The notes: a model not told the origin generated them from the letters alone. A stretch of DNA of 64,000 bases from an uncultured Pseudomonadota bacterium (GCA_963819325.1 CAWFVT010000004.1:58786-122785), one strand, 5' to 3'; positions 31,201 through 40,606 are shown, counted from the stretch's first letter. Made by a program: numbers and translations.

Positions 31201-31448
31201 AAGGCGCGTCCACCGTATCGGATGCCATCGCCCGCCTTGAACGAACGATCGAAATCGCAACACGGCTCGGGATCAGGCCCTTATTGGGGCGTGCGAAAGG
31301 AATATTGGCCCGTCTATTGGCCGCTTCGGGCAGGAAGTCCGACGCACAAGGTGAACTCGCCCAGGCGATCGAGTTGTTCGCCAAGTCGAAAATGACTATT
31401 CAACTCGAACGTGCTAAGGCAACGCTCTCCAAGTTTTTGGAATTATGA
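28236..31448 (+). CDS. STAND-type nucleotidyl cyclase: Zn ribbon + class III cyclase + AAA ATPase + TPR-like repeats
   Basis: CQVC..CSSCG; TVLCADLQRST, KEGGDG, VRVGVHSG; Walker A GTAGIGKS; Walker B LLLEDLHWID; SRIDRL, FAHDLIREVAY; helical repeats to C-terminus. Confidence 0.9.
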   Translation: MSCQVCLSTLKAGDLYCSSCGAVVPEHLAKPQVAEDRDRIASERKYLTVLCADLQRSTDLISELDPEAAISRLEPALIAMRTAVRRNRGIVSKEGGDGLIALFGAPHADENHAVMACHAAVELVRRVKLLKDPAIQVRVGVHSGYVVAHVIEADFSSIYEAGGPAVHLVKRIEGAAQAGQILVSESCQSLAAALLNFNALPPRRLEGFSAPVPCYELLEISGLTRWKARSTKGLSAFVGRAEEMSLLERAARDVGSSGQIVALVGTAGIGKSRIAHEFAGALRAKDWQVLEAESNPLEQTVPFALLKKLVQRALQIGNIASASQSELREGVALAHSDLWPAALCSVLDQPVNDPRWNDLEPLLRRRTIIDAVRHTIEQVIRGRPTILLLEDLHWIDGQSEAAVEALMSLAAGHPLLVLLTWRTEDTPGWLSRLDVRRIWLRSLDIPSAKTLLDGLLGTAPELDALKAHVLRHTGQVPLFIEEVVRQLVNQGIPEGDAGRFAAKAPWDALEIPPTVQGVIASRIDRLPKEDKALLQLASVVGPRVSTRLLGAVTGMPAAQLQSRIWSLEILDFLVEARWLASPEYEFAHDLIREVAYDSILRSQREQLHRRILTALEQSCAGHEQDIAEALCHHAVKAQDWTKADHYGHSAAQKAFARSAFRDATGYFQIAMDAVDKLPASVAREERAIDLRIEARLSFASLGNIEHWLALCRDAEARSEKIGDERRRLASITVRAAALNFYGTPYEAITAGEQAIALANTLADPAWLSYAEYVLGQAYFVADRYRDAEACLNRAIARLVDAPENVPPGTTGSSLLVLCYVLKAMVYASIGEYDDSERCTRQASDLSQENARPYDIIAADYSRGFVHMSYGKLEEAENALSEALFLSRENEAWVFLPYVLCALGNVYLQTGRAAEAKDILLEAKDKAEALGHGTSVLLASTYLASAYAQLGNPTRGLELARACQAGAKQKGYQTIEALALFAEAVILSFQGASTVSDAIARLERTIEIATRLGIRPLLGRAKGILARLLAASGRKSDAQGELAQAIELFAKSKMTIQLERAKATLSKFLEL

Positions 31449-31494
31449 AATTCTTAATCGCGGCAAATCTCGCCGCTAATTGAAGGAGTGGAAC

Positions 31495-31884
31495 ATGGCC
31501 GGTATCGTGCGTGGCGGAAAATTTGAGCAAAAGATGAATGAACTAAGCAGCCCCAACAACATTGCCGCGACGGCGAAGAAATTCGCGGAGTTGGAAAAGC
31601 AGCACGGACCCTATAGTTTCGGAAAATTCGTGAAATTGTTCATACCCGAGCCGGATGAAATTGCGGACTGGGATAAGCATTCACATGACATACCCGAGCC
31701 GATCAGCCAGCGTCTTGCTGAAATCATCTCCACCAATCTGAGGTCCGCCACGCCGTTGCCGGTGGTCCTGACGGTTGGTGAAAATGTCGATGCGATCCAC
31801 GATCTGATCGTGAAGATATTCGCGCATAAGGGCAGCATGTACATCGGCATTCTCCTGCTTTGCCCGAATTCGTTGCTAAAATGA
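31495..31884 (+). CDS. Hypothetical protein (129 aa)
   Basis: AAGGAG RBS; fills the gap between cyclase and Crp; no family recognised. Confidence 0.75.
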   Translation: MAGIVRGGKFEQKMNELSSPNNIAATAKKFAELEKQHGPYSFGKFVKLFIPEPDEIADWDKHSHDIPEPISQRLAEIISTNLRSATPLPVVLTVGENVDAIHDLIVKIFAHKGSMYIGILLLCPNSLLK

Positions 31885-31936
31885 TTGATTTCGGGAGCCG
31901 CGCATTTGCCGGTTCCGTATCTGGAGACTTGCTAGC

Positions 31937-32671
31937 GTGCCTGAGGAAAAGACCCGTGAAGCTCGCGGATCGCCGAGCAGCAAATTAGCGTTCCTGCGCA
32001 AGCATCCGATTTTTTGCGATCTTGAGCCTGACGCGCTCGACCAGCTTTGCCGCTACGCCAGACATGCCACGTTCAAGCGGGGAGCGCCGCTCTTTTCCAA
32101 GGGAGATCCCGGAACAAGTCTGTTTGCGGTGGTGAGCGGCACGGTGAAGATGAGCGTCTCCTCCGCCGACGGCCGCAGCGCGATCTTCAATCTCATCGGT
32201 CCAGGAGAGACTTTCGGAGAAATTGCGCTGCTCGACGGGCTGGCACGGACCACCGATGCTACCGCAAACACCAATTGCGAAGTTCTGGTCCTGGACCGGC
32301 GTGAATTTCTCCCCTTCATGCGAAGCCAGCCCGAGCTGGCGATGAAATTCATCGAGCTGCTTTGCACGCGCCTGCGGTGGACCAGCGGGCAGCTGGAGCA
32401 GGTTATTCTTCAGAACCTTCCGGGCCGGCTCGCCAGCGCGCTCCTTCGCCTGACAGAGAAACACAAGCTCGAACCGGCAGGCCGCACCGTCGCCGTCACC
32501 CAGCAGGAAATCAGCGAGATGGTCGGCATGACCCGGGAAAGCATCAACAAACAGTTGCGGGTTTGGGCAGCCCGCAGCTGGGTTCGCCTCGAACACGGGG
32601 CCATTGTTGTGCTCAACCCCCAACCGCTTGAAATGCTGGCCGAGGCGGGTTCGGGCAACGACGGCGATTAG
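31937..32671 (+). CDS. Crp/Fnr family regulator with intact cNMP-binding cassette
   Basis: FGEIALLDGLARTTD phosphate-binding cassette; HTH TQQEISEMVGMTRESINKQL; GGAG RBS. Confidence 0.92.
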   Translation: MPEEKTREARGSPSSKLAFLRKHPIFCDLEPDALDQLCRYARHATFKRGAPLFSKGDPGTSLFAVVSGTVKMSVSSADGRSAIFNLIGPGETFGEIALLDGLARTTDATANTNCEVLVLDRREFLPFMRSQPELAMKFIELLCTRLRWTSGQLEQVILQNLPGRLASALLRLTEKHKLEPAGRTVAVTQQEISEMVGMTRESINKQLRVWAARSWVRLEHGAIVVLNPQPLEMLAEAGSGNDGD

Positions 32672-32758
32672 AGCGTTTCCCCTGAACAACTGCTCCGGAC
32701 TTGATGCGAGGTGGATCCGGCTTCCCTTAGCCGCCCCAATGCCCGTTACCTACGTGAC

Positions 32759-32774
32759 TGTGAAGCAGGTCACA
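32759..32774. promoter_or_regulatory. CRP-type operator
   Basis: TGTGA-AGCAGG-TCACA, exact TGTGA-N6-TCACA, ending 60 nt before ATG 32835. Confidence 0.75.
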
Positions 32775-32834
32775 TAGCTCTTGCCTGCCTTGAGTTAAGC
32801 CACGCCCAGGTACATCCGCACGATGGAGGCAACC

Positions 32835-33086
32835 ATGCATGGTTCGTTCGACAGACCTGGCCAATCCGGAGATCGTACGCAACGGAGCTGGAGCGTCGGA
32901 TTTTTTGCTTTTCCTATCCTTCTCGTGATCGCGCTGATCGGGTTGGTGGTCGCTCAGCCGGTAGCGTCAAGGTGGATATCGGAAGCGGTGCAGGCCGAGT
33001 TCGGAGGCGGCGATTTGGCGCCAGAGATCGCTCCGGTCCAATTGGCCAAGCCCACCATGCAAATCCGAACCGTTAGGGCCTATTGA
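32835..33086 (+). CDS. Small single-pass membrane protein
   Basis: GGAGG RBS; MHGSFDRP...GFFAFPILLVIALIGLVVAQP...WISEAVQAEF. Confidence 0.7.
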   Translation: MHGSFDRPGQSGDRTQRSWSVGFFAFPILLVIALIGLVVAQPVASRWISEAVQAEFGGGDLAPEIAPVQLAKPTMQIRTVRAY

Positions 33087-33098
33087 CGCCAGGCCGGG

Positions 33099-33872
33099 TC
33101 AATCGAGAATCGCCACCGCCCGGGTCCAGCCCGCCGACGCGCGTTCGATTTTGACCGGAAAGCACGATACGGTGAAACCGGTCGATGGCAGCTGCTCGAG
33201 GTTGTGCAGCTTTTCGATGTGACAATAGCCGATGTGGCGTCCGGCCTTGTGGCCTTCCCAGATCAGGCCGGCATTCCTAGTTTCGGCATATTTCTTCGCG
33301 GTATGAACGAACGGCGCGTCCCAACTCCAGCCGTCAATGCCGGTTAGCCGCACACCGCGCTCGAGCAGGTACATCGTCGCCTCGTAGCCCATGCCGCACC
33401 CCGAATCGACGTAATCTTGACGGCCGTATTTGGCGCCAGCGCTGGTATTGACCACGACGATCTCCAGCGGCGAAAGGGTATGGCCGATCCGCTTGAGTTC
33501 GGTCTCGACATCGCTGGCGGCCACGACATAACCGTCGGCAAAATGCCGGAAGTCGAGCTTGACGCCGGGCTGCAGGCACCATTCCAGCGGCACCTCGTCG
33601 ATGGTCCACGACCGCTCGCCGCGATTCATGGTGGGGTGATAATGCCAGGGGGCATCGAGATGGGTGCCGTTATGGGTCGAGAGCTGCACCGTCTCCATCG
33701 CCCAACCCTGGCCGTCCGGAAGATCCTCAGCCTTGAGGCCTTCAAAGAAGCCGAGCATTTGAGGCAGGCTCCGCTGGTGATCGTTGTACTGGATGGTCGG
33801 GCGGATCCCCGGCGGATCGGCGGGCACGTCGTTTTGCAGCGGTACGGAAATGTCGATCAGCCTTCGCGCCAT
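33099..33872 (-). CDS. Kynurenine formamidase-like metallohydrolase ('putative cyclase' family)
   Basis: HNGTHLDAPWH, GIDGWSWD, EKLHNL; GAGG RBS. Confidence 0.88.
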   Translation of the reverse strand: MARRLIDISVPLQNDVPADPPGIRPTIQYNDHQRSLPQMLGFFEGLKAEDLPDGQGWAMETVQLSTHNGTHLDAPWHYHPTMNRGERSWTIDEVPLEWCLQPGVKLDFRHFADGYVVAASDVETELKRIGHTLSPLEIVVVNTSAGAKYGRQDYVDSGCGMGYEATMYLLERGVRLTGIDGWSWDAPFVHTAKKYAETRNAGLIWEGHKAGRHIGYCHIEKLHNLEQLPSTGFTVSCFPVKIERASAGWTRAVAILD

Positions 33873-34064
33873 GGCGCTTCCTCCGGTGTTTTCTCGATCC
33901 TGCGAATTGTCGCGTCGTCGCTTTTGGACGTCAAGAAATCCGGCGCGGCGGGCCAACCACAGCGCCCGTTTCGGCCTAAATTGCATGGCTCGCTAGCGCT
34001 CGGTGCACCCCATGCCGGATAAATACGCTCGGCTGGCCCGGCGTTTGATGGTACCTATTGGTGC

Positions 34065-36176
34065 ATGAACCAGCACGCCAAGGTCGACATCCGGCATTCC
34101 ACCTGTCCGCACGATTGCCCGTCGGCCTGCGCCCTCGACATCGAGGTGATTGACAATTCCACGATCGGCCGGGTGCGTGGTTCCAAGCTGCAGAGCTTCA
34201 CGGCCGGGGTGGTCTGCGCCAAGGTCGCGCGCTATGCCGAGCGCATCCATCATCCGGATCGGCTGACGTATCCGCGGTGCCGTGTTGGCCCGAAGGGATC
34301 CGGCAAGTTCGCGCGCATCTCATGGGACGATGCGCTGGATGAGATCGCTGCGCGGTTCAATCAGGCCGAGCGTGAGTTCGGTGCCGAGTCGGTGTGGCCC
34401 TATTATTACGCCGGCACCATGGGCCTCGTGATGCGCGATGGCATCAACCGCCTCTCTCATGTGAAGAAATATTCTCGCTTCTACGGCACGATTTGTTCGA
34501 CCATCGCGCGGGTAGGGTTCGCCGCCGGTACCGGCAAGATCGCCGGCGTCGATCCGCGCGAGATGGGCGTCTCCGACCTGATCGTGATCTGGGGCACCAA
34601 CCCGGTGAATACCCAGGTCAATGTGATGACGCATGCCGCCCGCGCCCGCAAGGAACGCGGCGCCAAGATCGCGGCCGTTGATATCTACAACAACGACACC
34701 ATGAAGCAGGCCGATATCAAGATCATCCTGCGGCCCGGCACCGACGGCGCTTTTGCCTGCGGCGTCATGCATGTGCTGTTCCGCGAAGGTTATGCCGATC
34801 GCGACTATCTCGCGCGCTATACTGACTGCCCCGCGGAGCTTGAGGCGCATCTGGCGACCCGGACGCCGGAATGGGCCTCATCGATTTGCGGCGTGCCTGT
34901 GGTGGAGATCGAGGCTTTCGCCCGCACGGTCGGGCAAACCAAACGCTCGTTCTTCCGGCTCGGCTATGGCTTTACCCGCAGCCGCAACGGTGCGGCGCAG
35001 ATGCATGCCGCCTTGTGTATCCCCGCCGTGACCGGCGCCTGGCAATATGAAGGGGGCGGCGCGTTTTTCAACAATGCCGCGCTCTGGAAGTTCAACGAAT
35101 CGCTGATCGAGGGCCATGACGCGATTGATCACACCACGCGGTTGATGGACCAGTCAAAGATTGGGCGGATCCTGACCGGCGACGCGGCGGCACTGAAAAA
35201 CGGCCCACCAGTAAAGGCGATGCTGATCCAGAATACCAATCCGATGACGGTAGCGCCGGAACAGGCGCTGGTGCGGCAGGGTTTTGCGCGCCAGGACCTG
35301 TTCACGGTGGTGCATGAGCAGTTCATGACGGAGACCGCCCTGATGGCGGACCTCGTGCTGCCCGCGACAATGTTCATGGAGCACGACGATCTCTATTACG
35401 GCGGCGGCCATCAGCACATTTCGGTCGGCGCCAAGCTGATCGAACCGCCCGGCGAATGCCGCTCGAACCATGAGGTGTTGCGAGCACTCAGCCGCCGTCT
35501 CAACGCTAGGCATCCCGGATTTGAAATGTCGGCGCGCGAGTTGATCGATGCGACGCTGAAGAAGAGCGGTCATGGCGACATCGAGACCCTCCAAGCGGAT
35601 TTGTGGCGCGACCTTCAGCCGGATTTTCGCACTTCTCATTATCTCGACGGCTTTGCCCATGCGGACGGCAAGTTCCATTTCAAGGCCGACTGGGCGCATG
35701 TGCCGCTCGGCAATGCCGGCATGATGGGCGCGTGGGACCAGATGCCGTCGCTGCCCGACCACTGGACGTCGATCGAGGAAGCGGATGAGGCGCATCCGTT
35801 CCGGCTCGCCACCAGCCCATCGCGCAGCTTTCTGAATACCAGCTTCAACGAGACGCCGTCGTCCCAGGCGCGCGAAGGCGCGCCGACCGTGATGATCCAT
35901 CCCGACGACGCGGCTGCGCTTGCGATCGAGGATGGCGATGCCGTTACGCTCGGCAATGTCAGAGGCGAGACGACGTTGACGGCAAGGGTATTCGACGGCG
36001 TTCGCCGCGGCGTCTTGATTGCCGAATCGATCCACCCGAACCGGACCCATATCGGCGGTCGCGGGATCAACATGCTCACCGGGGCCGAGGCCGTCGCGCC
36101 GGTCGGCGGTGCGGCCTTTCACGACAACAAGGTCTGGGTCAGGAAGGTTGCCCCTGCCGCGATTCCGACACCCTAA
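34065..36176 (+). CDS. Molybdopterin oxidoreductase family protein
   Basis: TCPHDCPSAC...VCAK Fe-S motif, ISWDDALD, ADLVLPA, IHPDDA. Confidence 0.9.
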   Translation: MNQHAKVDIRHSTCPHDCPSACALDIEVIDNSTIGRVRGSKLQSFTAGVVCAKVARYAERIHHPDRLTYPRCRVGPKGSGKFARISWDDALDEIAARFNQAEREFGAESVWPYYYAGTMGLVMRDGINRLSHVKKYSRFYGTICSTIARVGFAAGTGKIAGVDPREMGVSDLIVIWGTNPVNTQVNVMTHAARARKERGAKIAAVDIYNNDTMKQADIKIILRPGTDGAFACGVMHVLFREGYADRDYLARYTDCPAELEAHLATRTPEWASSICGVPVVEIEAFARTVGQTKRSFFRLGYGFTRSRNGAAQMHAALCIPAVTGAWQYEGGGAFFNNAALWKFNESLIEGHDAIDHTTRLMDQSKIGRILTGDAAALKNGPPVKAMLIQNTNPMTVAPEQALVRQGFARQDLFTVVHEQFMTETALMADLVLPATMFMEHDDLYYGGGHQHISVGAKLIEPPGECRSNHEVLRALSRRLNARHPGFEMSARELIDATLKKSGHGDIETLQADLWRDLQPDFRTSHYLDGFAHADGKFHFKADWAHVPLGNAGMMGAWDQMPSLPDHWTSIEEADEAHPFRLATSPSRSFLNTSFNETPSSQAREGAPTVMIHPDDAAALAIEDGDAVTLGNVRGETTLTARVFDGVRRGVLIAESIHPNRTHIGGRGINMLTGAEAVAPVGGAAFHDNKVWVRKVAPAAIPTP

Positions 36177-36245
36177 ATCGCCCTTGCAGTCTGCCGCTAT
36201 CCTGTCGCTAATGTTCGCCGGGCAAACCGGCGAGCGAGCAGGGCA

Positions 36246-37028
36246 ATGACTGATAATAGTGGTGTGGTGATTGAAAAGCACGGGCGGGCGTTCTGGATCA
36301 CGATCAATCGACCGGAGAAGCGTAACGCCATCAATGGCGACGTGGTGGCCGGTATCGCCAGGGGCTATCGCGACGCGCATGACGATCCGGATGTCCGCGT
36401 GATCGTTCTGACCGGCGCCGGCGACAAGGCATTTTGCGCCGGCGCGGACCTGCAGAACAGCGGTGCAGCTTTCGCTTTCGATTATTCCAGGCCGAATGTC
36501 GACTACGCCGACCTGATGCGGTTGTCGCAGAACGCCACCAAGCCGGCGATTGCCCGGGTCGGCGGCGTCTGCATGGCCGGCGGAATGGGTTTGTTATGTA
36601 TGACCGACATGGCGGTTGCGGCCGATCACGCGATGTTCGGATTGCCCGAAGTGAAGGTCGGCGTGTTTCCGATGCAGGTGATGAGCCTGCTGCAATCGAT
36701 CGCGCCGCGCCGTCTGGTCAACGAATGGGCGCTCACCGGCGAACCGTTCGATGCGCGCGTCGCGCAAGCCGCCGGGCTTCTGAATTATGTGGTGCCGTCG
36801 GCCGAACTCGACGCCAAGGTTGACTGGCTGATCGGCCGGATCGTCGACAAGTCGCCGACCGCGATTCGCCGCGGCAAATACGCCATGAACGCGATCGCGT
36901 CGATGTCGTTCGATGAAAGCATCGCCTATACCGAAAGCCAGATCGCGCTCCTGGCGATGACCGAGGATGCCAAGGAGGGCCTCAGGGCCTTCAGCGAAAA
37001 GCGCAAGCCGTCATGGCCGGGGAAGTGA
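36246..37028 (+). CDS. Enoyl-CoA hydratase/isomerase
   Basis: NRPEKRNA, AFCAGADL, FGLPEVKVG. Confidence 0.9.
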   Translation: MTDNSGVVIEKHGRAFWITINRPEKRNAINGDVVAGIARGYRDAHDDPDVRVIVLTGAGDKAFCAGADLQNSGAAFAFDYSRPNVDYADLMRLSQNATKPAIARVGGVCMAGGMGLLCMTDMAVAADHAMFGLPEVKVGVFPMQVMSLLQSIAPRRLVNEWALTGEPFDARVAQAAGLLNYVVPSAELDAKVDWLIGRIVDKSPTAIRRGKYAMNAIASMSFDESIAYTESQIALLAMTEDAKEGLRAFSEKRKPSWPGK

Positions 37029-37047
37029 TGGGCGAGTGCATTTGCAA

Positions 37048-37167
37048 CGTCGTCCCGGCGAAGGCCGGGACCCATAGCCCCTGGCATCAATTATTGCATA
37101 AGGCTTCCGCCCCCGTGCCGAAACGAAAAGGGACGGCGTATGGATCCCGGCGTTCGCCGGGATGACG
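37048..37167. repeat. REP-like inverted palindrome pair between convergent genes
   Basis: cgtcgtcccggcgaaggccgggaccca ... tggatcccggcgttcgccgggatgacg. Confidence 0.8.
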
Positions 37168-37196
37168 CGATATTTGTGTCTGCGTCCGCGCTGTAA

Positions 37197-37628
37197 CTAC
37201 CCCGGATTTGCCTTCAGTCCGGCGGCCTCGATACCTGCGATCGCGCAGGCCTCGTCATTGTCGGAGGTATCGCCGCTGATACCGACGGCGCCCAGCAGCA
37301 GTGTGCTGCCATCCTGAATCAGCACGCCGCCCGGCACCGGCACCATCCGACCCTGCGCCAGCGTATTCACTGCGCCGATGAAATAGGCCTGCTCCTGCGC
37401 CCGCTGGAACAGCGCCCGCGATCCCATTCCCATCGCCAGCGCTCCGTAAGCCTTGCCATGGGCAATCTCGGCACGCATCAGGCTGGTGCCGTCCTGCGCT
37501 GCGGCGACTTTGACGCAGCCGCGGACATCGAGAACGGTCACGACGAGCGGCTTGAGCTTCTTCTCAATGCCCTTGGCAAGGGCGGCATCGAGAATTTTGC
37601 GGGCGACGTCGAGAGTGAGTTCAGCCAT
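37197..37628 (-). CDS. GlcG/HbpS family heme-binding protein
   Basis: VTVLDVRG, IAHGKAYGA, VPGGVLI, GAVGISGDTSDNDE. Confidence 0.88.
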   Translation of the reverse strand: MAELTLDVARKILDAALAKGIEKKLKPLVVTVLDVRGCVKVAAAQDGTSLMRAEIAHGKAYGALAMGMGSRALFQRAQEQAYFIGAVNTLAQGRMVPVPGGVLIQDGSTLLLGAVGISGDTSDNDEACAIAGIEAAGLKANPG

Positions 37629-40606
37629 CGAGAGATTCCTTTTGGGGCAATGGAGGGGTTGGGTTGGATGGCGTGCGATCGAGGCTCATCGCCAGCACGC
37701 GCGCGACGTGAAGAGCGCCACGCCCGGCACCATCCTTGATCTGATGCCGGCACGAGGTGCCGTCCGCAACGATCAGCGTTGCGGCGTCGGCACGCCGGAT
37801 AGCTGGTAGCAGGGATAGTTCCGCCATGTCCATGGAGGCCTGATAGGTCTCGGCGCCGTAGCCGAAGGCGCCGGCCATGCCGCAACAACTCGAACTCGAT
37901 GGTCTCGATGTCCAAATCGGGTACCAGCCGAAGAACCTGCTCGACCGGCTTGAACGCGCCGAATGATTTCTGATGGCAGTGGCCGTGGACCAACGCCTTC
38001 TGGGCAATCGGTGTCAACGGCAGCCGCAGGCGGCCGGCCTCGGCCTCGCGAACCAGAAACTCCTCGAATAATAGTGCGTGCGCACTGACGCTTTTCGCCG
38101 CCGCATCGGAGCGCAGCGACAGAAGTTCGTCGCGAAGCGTCAAGAGACAGCTCGGCTCCAACCCGACGATGGGGACCCCGCGCAACGCAAACGGCGCATA
38201 GATGGCAATCAGCCGATCGAGCTCGGCGCGTGCGTGGTCGACCAGGCCCGCCGAGAAAAACGTCCGCCCGCAGCATAACGGCCGGCCGCTATCCGAGGGC
38301 TTTGGGATGTGGACACAATATCCGCCTGCGACCAGCACGCGTAACGCAGCATCCAGATTTTCGCGCTCATAGGCGCGGTTGAAGGTATCGGCAAACAGCA
38401 CGACTTCGCGGCCGTCGGCTGGGCCGACGGCGTCGACGTCGGACCTGAATACGTCGCGCCGCCATCGCGGCAATGCACGCTGCGCGCTGATGCCTACGAA
38501 TTTTTCGAATAGCCCCCGCAGCAGGGGGCTGTTGTTGCGGAGGTTGGCGAGCCAGGCAAAGCGCGATGCCAGGCCGGCGTAATGCGGCAGAAAGCCCACC
38601 AGCCGGTCGCGCAACGATAGCCCGTGCGTGGCGGCGCGGGCTGCGAGCACCTCGATCTTCATCTTGGCCATATCGACGCCGGTCGGGCATTCGTGGCGGC
38701 AGGCCTTGCAGGACACACAGAGCTTGAGCGTATCCGCCATTTCGTCGGAGGCCAGCGCGTTCGGCCCCAACTGGCCCGAGATCGCCAGCCGCAGCGTATT
38801 GGCCCGTCCGCGCGTTACGTCTTTCTCGTCACGTGTGGCGCGATAGGACGGACACATCACGCCGCCTTCGAGTTTGCGGCAGGCGCCATTGTTGTTGCAC
38901 ATCTCGACGGCGCCCTGGAAGCCGCCGCCGGCGCCCGGATAGGCCGACCAGTCAAGCACCGTCTTCAGTTCGGCGACGCGATAATCCGGCGGATAGCGAA
39001 ACAGCGCGCGGTTATCCATCCCAGGCGGGTCAACGATCTTGCCGGGATTGAGCACATTGCCCGGATCGAAGCGGTGCTTGATCTCCCTGAAGTCGTTGAT
39101 AATGCGCTGCCCGAACATCGTCTCGTGGAACTCCGACCGTACGATGCCGTCGCCGTGCTCGCCGGAATGCGACCCCTTGTATTCACGGACCATTGCAAAG
39201 GTTTCTTCGGCAATGGCGCGCATCGCCCTAACATCTTTTTCGAGTTTCAGGTTCAGGACCGGGCGCACATGCAGGCAGCCCTCGGATGCGTGCGCATACA
39301 TGGTGCCGCTTGTGCCGTGCTTGGCAAAGATGGCGTTGAGCCGTTCGGTATAGTCGGCCAGATGCGGCAACGGCACCGCGCAATCCTCGACGAACGAGAC
39401 GGGCTTGCCCTCCTGCTTCATCGACATCATGACGTTGAGGCCGGCGGCACGAAACTCCGCTATCGCGGTTTGCTGGCCCGGCTCGATGATCTCGACCACG
39501 CCGCCCCATTTGCGCTGCGGATTCTTCCAGCCGAAGCCGAGATCGGCCATCAGCTCGCCGAGTTGCTTCAACCGCCGGATGTTCTCAACCTGGTCCTCCT
39601 CGGCGAACTCCACGATCAGGACGGCGTCGGGATCGCCACGGATCGCGACGCCGATGATCGGCTGAAACATCGCGATCTCGCGGCCAAGCGTCAGCATGGT
39701 GCGATCGATCAGTTCCACCGCGATGGGACGAAGCTTCACCAAATGCTGGGCGGCATCCATCGCCTGGTAGAAGCTGCCGAAATGGCAGACGCCGAGCACC
39801 TTGTTGCGGATCAGCGGCCACAGCTTCAATTCGACCCGGGTGGTGAAGGCGAGCGTCCCTTCCGATCCCACCAGCAGATGCGCCATGTTGTTGGCGGTGT
39901 TGCGCGGCACCAGCGCATCGAGATTGTAGCCGCCGACGCGGCGCTGAACTTTCGGAAATCTTTCGGCGATCTCGGCCGCTTCCCGTTCGCCGAGAGCCAG
40001 CATGTCGTCAAACAGGCCGAAGCCGTTGTCGCTCGAATTCAGCCGGACAGAATCGCGCGGCACTTCACCGAAATGAAGCATCGTGCCGTCGGCCAGCGCT
40101 GCGTCTATCGACAGCGTGTTATCCCGCATGGTGCCGTAGCGCAGCGAGCGGCCGCCGCAAGAATTGTTGCCGGCCATGCCGCCGATGGTGGCGCGAGACG
40201 CGGTGGAGACATCGACCGGGAACCACAGACCATGTTTTCTGAGTTGCCGGTTAAGGTCATCCAGCACGATTCCCGGCTCGACCACGCAGCTTCGATGTTC
40301 CACATCGAGCGAGATGACGCGACTAAGGTGCTTTGAGAAATCGACGACGATACCGTGATTGACGGTCTGGCCGCATTGCGACGTGCCGCCGCCGCGCGGC
40401 GTGACGGTCCGGCCGTCGTCTCTGGCGATGCTGAGCGTTCGCAGCGCTTCGTCGATGCTGCGCGGCACCACCACGCCCTCCGGCATGATCTGGTAGAACG
40501 ACGCGTCGGTGGCATAGCGGCCGCGGTTGAACCGGTCGAAGAAGACCTCGCCGGTAATCTCGCGCTTCAGGCGATCTTCAAACCTCATCGAACCCCTGTT
40601 GGACAT
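37621..40606 (-). pseudogene. FAD-linked oxidase fused to Fe-S/CCG domains, +1 frameshift at 37893-37894 (pseudogene or sequencing error)
   Basis: RGGGTSQCGQ, HSGEHGDG, CNNNGAC, CVSCKACRHECP, CCG; final CCGMAGAFG...GTSCRHQI lies in another frame (ORF 37621..38007). Confidence 0.85.

Noticed and set aside
33099-33872. 'Cyclase family' gene next to the cyclase/Crp module as part of the cNMP system
   Set aside because: HxGTHxDxPxH marks a kynurenine-formamidase-like amidohydrolase, not a nucleotide cyclase; it is convergent and the shared name is coincidental
38624-40336. 570-aa + strand ORF and similar long antisense ORFs (11401-12837, 2972-3940, 35154-36380, 56589-57695)
   Set aside because: Shadow frames opposite well-supported genes in GC-rich DNA; no motifs
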